From contig CP010424.1 in the NCBI GenBank assembly GCA_000830275.1, positions 510,001 to 542,000 on the forward strand: DNA of 32,000 nucleotides, read 5' to 3'. The stretch is from an archaeon GW2011_AR10 (GTDB taxonomy: Archaea; Iainarchaeota; Iainarchaeia; Iainarchaeales; GW2011-AR10). A model generated the notes under the pieces. That model saw only the letters and a list, made by a program, of their open reading frames with translations, was not told where the DNA came from and ran no database searches. Positions 25,060-31,961 of this stretch are shown piece after piece. Every line of letters starts with the position of its first letter. Position 1 is the first letter of the stretch. Both the position numbers and the translations under genes were made by a program.

Positions 25060-27735
25060 TTATTTCCTTCCCACACAAATGTAAGTGAAACCATTTGCAT
25101 TCATCTCTTTTGGGTCAAAAACGTTCCTTCCGTCAATTACAAGCGGAACACTCATTGCCTTTTTCAGTTTCTTCAAATCAATTTTTTTGAACTCACTCCA
25201 TTCGGTTAACACAAGCAAGGCATCGGCTCCCCTGGCAGTTTCATAAACGTTATCGTTAAAGCTTATCCCGGGCAACAGTTTTGCAGCATTCTTTTCAGCA
25301 ACAGGATCAAACGCAGTGATTTTTGCGCCCTCTTTCTGGAGCGCGGAAATTATGTCAAGGCTTGGCGCTTCACGCATGTCGTCAGTGTTGGGTTTGAATG
25401 CAAGGCCGAAAACAGCAATTTTTTTGTCCTTCACATTCCATAAAGCGCCCTCAACCTTTTTCACAAACCTTTTCCTCTGCTCTTTGTTGATTTCCTGCAC
25501 TTCCTTCAAGAGCTTAAAATCATAGCCATTTTTTGCCGAAATTTTTATGAACGCGTCAACATCTTTCGGGAAACAGTTGTGAACAATTAACCCATGACTG
25601 GTAACAAACAAATGTGGTTTACCTACTTCCATTGAATACACCATCTCTGCAGATTTTTCTTTTTTTATTTGCTTGATTTTTACTGCCGCAAAACCATTAT
25701 ATTTTTTGAAACCCATCTGTGAAATACTTTTCTTGGATTTAGCTATTTTTGACAAAATCTTTGTATTTGTATTGGAATCAAAAAAACATAGTTTTTTTAC
25801 CTGATTAATGCCAGAAACCCGCAAAATATGAGCTGGAACTTTGGATTTTTTCATTAATTGCTGCTTGTATGAAGGCACAATGCCAAAAGATTGAAGCAAA
25901 ACAATTACTCCTTGGGAAAGCTCAGGACTTGCTGTGCCAAACTCAATGGTAATTGATTCTGCATTTTTATGAAAATATGGGTATGCATCCCCCCTGAAAA
26001 TACCTTTAATCAGGTTTATTTTTCCTTTTTTTGAGGAAAAAAATGCTTCACTAGGAATTCTTGCATCATAAGATCCTTTACCCAAGCCCAACACATTATC
26101 CAAAAAGAAAGCAAAAATTTTTGAGCTGATAATAATTGAAAGTGTGTGGTTTTTCTCACGCTTACTCAACGAATACTTTATATTCAAGGACTCGAGTATG
26201 CCGCAAACATCTTCAATGTATTCTTTTTCTTTTAAATTGAAATGGAACTGTACTCTTGCTCTTATTCCGCGAAGCCCTCTTTCATAATGAATGCACCCTT
26301 CGGAAAGATAATAACCTACAAGGCGCCAAAAATCTTCACTTAAAAAAATTTTGGCTGGACAATAAGTTGTGTTGCCTTTGCTTGTAAACAATAGCAACCC
26401 CTCATGATTAAACAAAACGCCACTCTTTTCAATTTCTTTAATCATTTCAAACGGAAAACAGTTGTGTCTAAAAAAATCCCCTGTTTCCCCTGAAGAAAAA
26501 TGTTTTCTGAAAACAGGCCAAAGCTTCTTTTTAAAATCTGAAAGCTTTTTGTCTTTTAACCTTACTTTTATTCTTGTTCTAAAATCAATGCCCTCAAGTC
26601 TTTCAACCAAATCGATTTCATTCAATGGTTTTTCTGGAAGTGAAAGCAAAACTGGAAGTGAGTCTCCTTCATTAATCTCAGAAGCAAGCTTTGTGGTAAG
26701 CGAGCCATTTTCAACTACTGCCATCGGATGATCAGCAGTAACACGAATTCTTTTTCCCATGGAAGTTCTAAAAGTTATCATTTCGCCTTTAAAGAGTCTT
26801 TTTGACATTGCCCTTACAGGTATTACCGTGGAAGCTTCACCATTAAATCCAAGTGCCACAATGCTTTGACTAGAATAATTGTTTTCAAAAGAGTTTTCAA
26901 AGCTTGAAAGATTCAAAGAAGGGTTTCCAGCCATAATATACTCAGCCCCATCCAAGCAGCTCCCGCCATAACCAATCCCTGCTTTTAGGAACTGCCTTCC
27001 AATCCTTTTATCAAGGCCCATGCCCAATGCAACCTGTTCAATGTCAGCTCCTGCCAGCTCGCAGACGTTTGCAACCGCATTGATGAACGAAATTTTTGTT
27101 GCGAGAAAAGAGTTTGAAGCGTGCTTGATTATTTCAGCTGAACGGATGTCAGTGAAAACAATTTCTGATTTTAACGGAGCATACAGTTTCTGCATTACTT
27201 TGCGGGCCTTCTCCGAGTTAGTGCCGATAACAATCCTGTCTGGTTCCATGAAGTCCTTTATTGCTGAGCCCTCGCGCAAAAACTCTGGGTTGCTTACCAC
27301 ATCAAAGAGTTCGCGCCTTGCACCACTCTGCTCAATTGTTGCTGCAACCTTTTCGCCTGTTTCAACAGGCACAGTGCTTTTCTCTACAACAACAGTGTAC
27401 TTGTCAATTGCTTTCGCAATCTGCCTTGCAACCTCTTCCACAAAACTCAAGTCTGCCTCGCCGTTCGGCCTTGGCGGAGTTCCAACTGCAATGAACACAA
27501 TCTCTGCGCCCTTCACTGCATTTTCCAAATCAGTTGAAAAAAAAAGCCTTCCGGCTTTAAAGTTTTTTTTCACCAGTTCCTCCAGGCCGGGCTCGAAAAT
27601 AGGCACTTCAAGGCGGTTAAGCATACTGATTTTTTCTTTTACCTTGTCGACGCACACCACTTTGTTGCCCATTTCAGCAAAGCAAGTTCCTGTTGTTAAG
27701 CCGACATAGCCTGAGCCGATTACTGCAATGTTCAT
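25060..27735 (-). CDS. ugd: UDP-glucose 6-dehydrogenase precursor containing a 461-aa intein (the exteins give about 430 aa)
   Basis: N-extein MNIAVIGSGYVGLTTG...NPEFLREGSAI...KAGIGYGGS. C-extein CFPKDVDAF...GLAFKPNTDDMREAPS...DGRN. ATG at 27735. The 21 extra track codons (FVFLPCFWLF) look non-coding. Confidence 0.9.
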   Translation of the reverse strand: MNIAVIGSGYVGLTTGTCFAEMGNKVVCVDKVKEKISMLNRLEVPIFEPGLEELVKKNFKAGRLFFSTDLENAVKGAEIVFIAVGTPPRPNGEADLSFVEEVARQIAKAIDKYTVVVEKSTVPVETGEKVAATIEQSGARRELFDVVSNPEFLREGSAIKDFMEPDRIVIGTNSEKARKVMQKLYAPLKSEIVFTDIRSAEIIKHASNSFLATKISFINAVANVCELAGADIEQVALGMGLDKRIGRQFLKAGIGYGGSCLDGAEYIMAGNPSLNLSSFENSFENNYSSQSIVALGFNGEASTVIPVRAMSKRLFKGEMITFRTSMGKRIRVTADHPMAVVENGSLTTKLASEINEGDSLPVLLSLPEKPLNEIDLVERLEGIDFRTRIKVRLKDKKLSDFKKKLWPVFRKHFSSGETGDFFRHNCFPFEMIKEIEKSGVLFNHEGLLLFTSKGNTTYCPAKIFLSEDFWRLVGYYLSEGCIHYERGLRGIRARVQFHFNLKEKEYIEDVCGILESLNIKYSLSKREKNHTLSIIISSKIFAFFLDNVLGLGKGSYDARIPSEAFFSSKKGKINLIKGIFRGDAYPYFHKNAESITIEFGTASPELSQGVIVLLQSFGIVPSYKQQLMKKSKVPAHILRVSGINQVKKLCFFDSNTNTKILSKIAKSKKSISQMGFKKYNGFAAVKIKQIKKEKSAEMVYSMEVGKPHLFVTSHGLIVHNCFPKDVDAFIKISAKNGYDFKLLKEVQEINKEQRKRFVKKVEGALWNVKDKKIAVFGLAFKPNTDDMREAPSLDIISALQKEGAKITAFDPVAEKNAAKLLPGISFNDNVYETARGADALLVLTEWSEFKKIDLKKLKKAMSVPLVIDGRNVFDPKEMNANGFTYICVGRK
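25576..26958 (-). mobile_element. Intein with a LAGLIDADG homing-endonuclease domain, inserted between GYGGS and CFPKD of UGDH
   Basis: Cys1 (CLDGAEY), block B VTADHP, LAGLIDADG motifs LVGYYLSEGC and LIKGIFRGDAY, terminal GLIVHN followed by +1 Cys. 1383 nt in frame. Visibly more AT-rich than the exteins. Confidence 0.85.
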
Positions 27736-27871
27736 AGAATTACCATTAAACAACCAAAAACAAGGCAAAAAAACGAAGGTTTCTAACGTTCCTTGCAACT
27801 AATATTTGATTTAATTAATATTTTAAAGGAAATTGGTTCAATCGCCGAAGCGAAAAAAACCGTTTTCAGCC

Positions 27872-28123
27872 CTATTTGGGCCTGCGTCTATTTGCCTTAG
27901 TGTTGTGAATCTTTGACCAAGTGGTTGCTTTCTTTGCCTTTCCCACTATTTTTTCGAGTGGTTCGGCAGCAGTCACCAATGCAGCACCTATCTTGGCTTT
28001 CCTGCTGAGTTGTTTGGAATAACGTTTCAACTCCAATACAGAGAAATTCAGCCACAGTAAAATATGTTGCCTGGGTTTAAATATTTGTTTGCCCGTTAGC
28101 ATAAGGTTGTTGAATGCCTTCAT
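27872..28123 (-). CDS. Hypothetical small basic protein (83 aa), coding status uncertain
   Basis: Open frame with a Lys/Arg-rich C-terminus (KANRRRPK). No recognisable motif. Divergent from the 51-aa ORF across a palindromic A/T box. Confidence 0.3.
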   Translation of the reverse strand: MKAFNNLMLTGKQIFKPRQHILLWLNFSVLELKRYSKQLSRKAKIGAALVTAAEPLEKIVGKAKKATTWSKIHNTKANRRRPK

Positions 28124-28176
28124 TTTAGGCCAATAAAAGCCATAATAAACAATATTACTTATACATAAAAACGATG

Positions 28177-28190
28177 CTATTATATAATAG
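28177..28190. promoter_or_regulatory. Perfect 14-nt palindrome CTATTATATAATAG (TATA-like) in a divergent intergenic region
   Basis: The sequence is self-complementary as read. It lies 54 nt upstream of the minus-strand ORF start (28123) and 57 nt upstream of the plus-strand ATG at 28247. Confidence 0.35.
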
Positions 28191-28246
28191 AATCAACTTT
28201 ACTTTAAAAAAATGTCCATAGTAAAATTTAATTAAAGGTGTACCCA

Positions 28247-28402
28247 ATGGCGAAACCTATTAGAGCAACTCCGACACTAGTTGGTAAAGAAGCACTAGTT
28301 TTTCTAGAAAAAATGAAACAGAGAGAAAGAATCTCTCCATCAAAGGCAGACATACAACTAATTAAAATAATTGACAGGCATTCTAAACTATTTCGTATTT
28401 AG
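28247..28402 (+). CDS. Unlisted 51-aa ORF with a strong ribosome-binding site (hypothetical)
   Basis: AAGGTG lies 7 nt upstream of the ATG. Hand translation: MAKPIRATPTLVGKEALVFLEKMKQRERISPSKADIQLIKIIDRHSKLFRI. Its 3-prime end overlaps the convergent GNAT gene by 20 nt. It is below the 60-aa track cutoff. Confidence 0.35.
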   Translation: MAKPIRATPTLVGKEALVFLEKMKQRERISPSKADIQLIKIIDRHSKLFRI

Positions 28403-28973
28403 CTTTTCTTCTTTCATTTATAATGGGCTTTAGATCCTTATACATTGGAATATAACTTGGATTTGGTTTTCTTTCTTTTAATATTTCAAAACCATTTTTT
28501 CTATAAAAATGAATTGGTTTATCTTTTTCATCTAAGTCTTGTAAGTTTTTTGCTTCTAAAGTTATAAAGCGGCACCCTGATACATCATTCATTTTCAATG
28601 CAATTTTCATTACAAAAGCAGTCATAAGAGTTCCAATACCCCTTCTTGTAAAATCTTTATGAACTGCCATTCTACAAATTTTTAACGCAGGTAATTTTCT
28701 ATAAGAAATACCTATCTTTTTCATTTCCTCCTTTTTCTTCCCATGAAGGCCAATTGAATCATTGCATAAAGTCACATAACCAAGTAAAATTTTAGACTCT
28801 TTTGAGATCCAAAGATGAGTAAAGTTAACGGCTTCGTCTTGTTGTCTTAGGGCATCATCTTTTACAAAATCCTCTAAATCAGGAATTAAACACGAGAAAA
28901 GATCAACAATATCAGTAAAAATTGGGCTTAGAGGAACTATTTCTATATCATCTACCGGATAACTATTTGTCAC
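28383..28973 (-). CDS. GNAT-family N-acetyltransferase with a TacT/AtaT-like layout
   Basis: Acetyl-CoA motif A MAVHKDFTRRGIGTLM, C-terminal HFYRKNGFEIL, and an N-terminal FSC..PDLEDFVKDDALRQQ segment. The gene is about 25-30% GC by hand count, against about 40-50% in neighbouring loci. Confidence 0.7.
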   Translation of the reverse strand: MTNSYPVDDIEIVPLSPIFTDIVDLFSCLIPDLEDFVKDDALRQQDEAVNFTHLWISKESKILLGYVTLCNDSIGLHGKKKEEMKKIGISYRKLPALKICRMAVHKDFTRRGIGTLMTAFVMKIALKMNDVSGCRFITLEAKNLQDLDEKDKPIHFYRKNGFEILKERKPNPSYIPMYKDLKPIINERRKAKYEIV

Positions 28974-29120
28974 ATTAAACCACTACTATTTATTATGTAA
29001 TCTTTCAATTTAATATTAATATTCAATCAAAACAGGTTTATAAATCTCAAAGCAGTTTTTTATTAGGTGCTTTTGTGAGGATTGGCAGCATGGGCAGCAG
29101 CTTTGATTTTTGAATAAAGG

Positions 29121-29132
29121 TTTAATTTTAAA
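29121..29132 (+). promoter_or_regulatory. TATA-like box TTTAATTTTAAA upstream of the 202-aa ORF
   Basis: Centred about 30 nt upstream of ATG 29157, with no obvious SD. This is consistent with a leaderless or short-leader archaeal transcript. Confidence 0.3.
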
Positions 29133-29156
29133 TGCCAAAAATGATTAGTTGAGAGC

Positions 29157-29765
29157 ATGCATAGGCAAGTTAAAACCCTAAAAAGTTTAGAGGCAGAGGT
29201 TAGGTGGGTTCAGGAAAACGTTAAATTGGTTAGGCAAAATCTGGAAGAAATTCAAAAGTATTTCGGGGGCAGAACTTATGATGAAATTCTTAGAAGAGGG
29301 ACAAATTATCTTACCTTCTGCCCGGATTTGACTTTCTGTTTAATTAAAAGGTTAAGGCTGAATGGTTTTAATCCAACCCTGGTTGTGCAGGAGCATGGCT
29401 TTTTCAAAATCCCTGCTTTCCATGCGGCAATTGAAGTTCCAACCAGCGAGGGCATTTACACAGTAAATTTCACTGGCACAAGAACAGCACAAATTTACAA
29501 AGGAAAATTCAACGACAAATTAAGTTTTAGGCTGCCAACCTTGGCTGTTACAAAAATAAAAGTTACTCCAAAACTCGGGAAAAGCAGAACATTTTTCAAT
29601 ATCCTCGGATTGGGTAGCTGGCGGGAAATCGATAAAAGACTTAAATTCGTTAAGCCCGAACATTTAGAAAGAATCTCAAAAGCACTTGATAGAAAAAGCG
29701 ACCCGAGAAAACTAGAGGAAAAATTAACAAAGAAACCAGAAATTAAGCGCTTGAGAATGCGCTGA
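29157..29765 (+). CDS. Hypothetical protein, 202 aa, with a basic C-terminal tail
   Basis: Long ORF with ordinary amino-acid composition and no motif I can name with confidence. A weak Cys...His arrangement (LTFCPDLTFCLIKRLRLNGFNP...FHAAIEV) recalls transglutaminase-like cysteine peptidase cores. Confidence 0.5.
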   Translation: MHRQVKTLKSLEAEVRWVQENVKLVRQNLEEIQKYFGGRTYDEILRRGTNYLTFCPDLTFCLIKRLRLNGFNPTLVVQEHGFFKIPAFHAAIEVPTSEGIYTVNFTGTRTAQIYKGKFNDKLSFRLPTLAVTKIKVTPKLGKSRTFFNILGLGSWREIDKRLKFVKPEHLERISKALDRKSDPRKLEEKLTKKPEIKRLRMR

Positions 29766-29864
29766 AACGAAGTAGAGCAAATGATAAAATAAAACAAGAA
29801 ATCACTAATAGTAATTGAAGCCACCCTTATGGAAATAATGCAAATAACTTACAATTCCGCAACG

Positions 29865-29874
29865 CTTTTATAAT
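29865..29874 (+). promoter_or_regulatory. TATA-like box CTTTTATAAT upstream of the lipoprotein gene
   Basis: Lies 21-30 nt upstream of the GTG start at 29895, the spacing typical of leaderless archaeal mRNAs. Confidence 0.3.
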
Positions 29875-29894
29875 CAAAGAACGTTGTCATTACT

Positions 29895-31106
29895 GTGAAA
29901 ACAATCGCTCCAATTGCTCTTTTGGCTTTGCTTTTATTGGTTTTTGGCTGCACGCAGCCGCAAACTGAAATCGTAAGAATGGGCGAAGCTTTCACTGTAA
30001 AGGAAGGTTTTGCCTACAACGTGGAAGGCAATGACTTAACCATTAGAGTTGTTTCGTTTAATGATTCGCGCTGCCCTGAAGGGGTTCAGTGCGTTTGGGC
30101 TGGAGAGCTTGGAGTAACACTGACAGTCAGTTCCGGGACCAATGCTCCGGACACAATTGGTTACAAGGAATCGCAAATCATTTTAGGGGAGACAACAAAT
30201 CCTAGTGTGATTGTATTTAATCGGTACAGCTTTGAGTTAATTTCCATTGATTTTGAAGCAAAGGAAGCGCAAATAAAAGTCACGGAATGGAACCAAAGAG
30301 AGCCGAATGAAAAGGAATGGTTTTCAATTGAGCCAATTCAGTGCCAAGGGAACTTATGGGATGAATGGGATGCAAAAGAATTGAATAAGAGAAAATGGGA
30401 GGGTGAGGAAGAGCTTATTACTGTCTGGCTTGAGATCGTGAACGGAGTAAGGGTTTACGATTACGCTTCAAAGCAGGTTTACGAGATTGTGTGCTTGGCC
30501 TGCTCGTGCCCGCGCGGCGACAGGATAGCTGTATTGGTTAACAGCAGCAATTCAGCAAAAATGCTGGAGCTTGGCTGGGAAAAAATGGATAGCATCGCAT
30601 GCACTGAGGAAGCAAAGCTCTGCCCTGATGGAAGCGCTGTTGGAAGGGAAGCGCCTTTCTGTGATTTTGCTCCCTGCCCTGGAGGAATTGAACCAGAGCA
30701 ACCGCCTGAGGAAGAATTCTTCATCCAAAAAACAAATGTGCCTGGATTCACGATTGACCCATCTGTACTTACAACAACAATTTATTTGGACGGGCAGGTT
30801 ATGATTGAGGAGGAACAAAGTTTTCCTGTCGGCGGCGATACACCTGTTTCAGTTGAATTGCGCCAAATCAGCACTGAAAGCGTTGCTGAACTAAAGCAAG
30901 TGATAAATGGAACGAATTTCTTTGAATTAACGGAAGAAGATGCAAGGCAGTGCGTTGCTGATGCTCCCACAATTACGCTTGAAATAAACCTTGAGGAAAA
31001 CTCTAACTCTGTTTACGGCATTGGCTCTGAATGCGAGCAGGAAAAACTTGTAGCCGCATACGAAATTCTCAGCGCAATTGATGAATTGCAGTTTTTAACT
31101 GAGTGA
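29895..31106 (+). CDS. Secreted lipoprotein-like protein with conserved Cys motifs
   Basis: Signal peptide plus lipobox MKTIAPIALLALLLLVFGC. DSRCPEGVQCVWAGELGV module. CTEEAKLCPDGSAVGREAPFCDFAPCP module. Acidic C-terminal domain. Confidence 0.65.
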   Translation: MKTIAPIALLALLLLVFGCTQPQTEIVRMGEAFTVKEGFAYNVEGNDLTIRVVSFNDSRCPEGVQCVWAGELGVTLTVSSGTNAPDTIGYKESQIILGETTNPSVIVFNRYSFELISIDFEAKEAQIKVTEWNQREPNEKEWFSIEPIQCQGNLWDEWDAKELNKRKWEGEEELITVWLEIVNGVRVYDYASKQVYEIVCLACSCPRGDRIAVLVNSSNSAKMLELGWEKMDSIACTEEAKLCPDGSAVGREAPFCDFAPCPGGIEPEQPPEEEFFIQKTNVPGFTIDPSVLTTTIYLDGQVMIEEEQSFPVGGDTPVSVELRQISTESVAELKQVINGTNFFELTEEDARQCVADAPTITLEINLEENSNSVYGIGSECEQEKLVAAYEILSAIDELQFLTE

Positions 31107-31164
31107 TTCTTTAGAAGCTATAGCAGGCGACATTAATTTTTGAACATTTATTGTAGCCTGATAG

Positions 31165-31209
31165 ATAGCAAATGACCTTATTTGTTCAACTATTTTTGTC
31201 ATTTGCTAT
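31165..31209. terminator. Perfect 12-bp inverted repeat (ATAGCAAATGAC / GTCATTTGCTAT) with a 21-nt T-rich loop, between convergent genes
   Basis: Arms at 31165..31176 and 31198..31209 read directly from the sequence. It lies between the lipoprotein stop (31106) and the vapC stop (31230). Confidence 0.4.
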
Positions 31210-31229
31210 AACTGTTGAAGCCAGTCCTT

Positions 31230-31625
31230 CTAGATGATTTCTTTTTTTATGTTCGTGAATCTTTGAAAATGTTTGTCTTTTGTGAGCACAGTGAGATCGT
31301 TTTCCCCAGCGGTTGCAGCTATTATGCAGTCTATCAGGCCAACTTGGCGACCGCTCTTTTTAATGCCCTTATTGGCTTCGAACCACATCTTGCCAGCTGT
31401 GAATTCACCTGCACGGGAACTATTGAGAATTCCACTGCAGGAGGTTTCCACTCTTGGAAGTATCTGCGCTGCAGCAAAGTTGTTTGAGTGGCACCATTTG
31501 CTCATCTCCACTATTGTTACTGCACATGCATAGCGGTCTTTGCCTGCAATTTTTTTCATTGCGTTTTTTCCGCTTTCCGTTTCCCGAAAAATATCTATCC
31601 ATACGGATGTGTCAACCAAGTACAT
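31230..31625 (-). CDS. vapC: PIN-domain ribonuclease toxin VapC
   Basis: MYLVDTSVWIDIF, VEMSKW, GLIDCIIAATA, LTKDKHF (PIN acidic residues). ATG 31625 lies 1 nt after the vapB stop. The track start at 31652 overlaps vapB. Confidence 0.8.
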   Translation of the reverse strand: MYLVDTSVWIDIFRETESGKNAMKKIAGKDRYACAVTIVEMSKWCHSNNFAAAQILPRVETSCSGILNSSRAGEFTAGKMWFEANKGIKKSGRQVGLIDCIIAATAGENDLTVLTKDKHFQRFTNIKKEII

Positions 31626-31626
31626 T

Positions 31627-31842
31627 TCAGAAAACCCTGTCTTTTTCCTCACGCTTAAATGGCTTTGCTCCCTTGGCTATGCCGAATAGTTCTGATAGAG
31701 CCCTTTCATTGTCCTGCCTTATGACGCTTATTTTCAATGTTTGGTTGAATTTCAGTTTGTTTTCTTTCAAATCCTTCTTTTTGATGGCAATTGCTGCAGA
31801 ATTGCCAAGCCTTACCACTTTGCCTTCAATCATATCAATCAC
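31627..31842 (-). CDS. vapB: AbrB/SpoVT-type antitoxin VapB
   Basis: 71 aa. GKVVRLGNSAAIAIKKKDLKE is the swapped-hairpin AbrB-like motif. It lies immediately upstream of vapC. Confidence 0.7.
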   Translation of the reverse strand: MIDMIEGKVVRLGNSAAIAIKKKDLKENKLKFNQTLKISVIRQDNERALSELFGIAKGAKPFKREEKDRVF

Positions 31843-31849
31843 CTATGTA

Positions 31850-31875
31850 ATAACTTGTTATAACTATTTTTAATA
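31850..31875 (-). promoter_or_regulatory. Putative vapBC promoter/operator: TATA-like TTAAAAATAG plus inverted repeat ATAAC-TT-GTTAT
   Basis: On the minus strand the order is TTAAAAATAG (31875..31866), then ATAACAAGTTAT (31861..31850), then AGGTGA, then ATG 31842. Confidence 0.3.
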
Positions 31876-31961
31876 TGTTTTGTGTCCTGCAAGACAGTTA
31901 GCTGCTGAGGAAGTTATGCGGATTTGTAAGGTTTTTATAGTGGTTTTATGTATTTTTTTCT

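Noticed and set aside
27020-27709. 229-aa plus-strand ORF (and similar long ORFs at 19145..19708, 23078..23590, 204..626, 1827..2222, 4766..5134)
   Set aside because: All lie antisense to genes with strong family motifs. Their translations are Ser/Leu/Phe/Thr-rich and low in complexity, with no recognisable motif. They are typical shadow ORFs.
27736-27798. 21-codon N-terminal extension of ugd in the ORF track (MQGTLETFVFLPCFWLFNGNS)
   Set aside because: The conserved UGDH N-terminus begins at MNIAVIGSGYVG (ATG 27735). The extension is hydrophobic junk starting at a non-ATG codon.
28974-29156. Expected RHH/DUF1778 antitoxin gene upstream of the TacT-like GNAT
   Set aside because: The minus strand here has only an 11-codon frame (MLPILTKAPNK). 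No credible ORF exists, so a canonical GNAT-RHH operon cannot be claimed.
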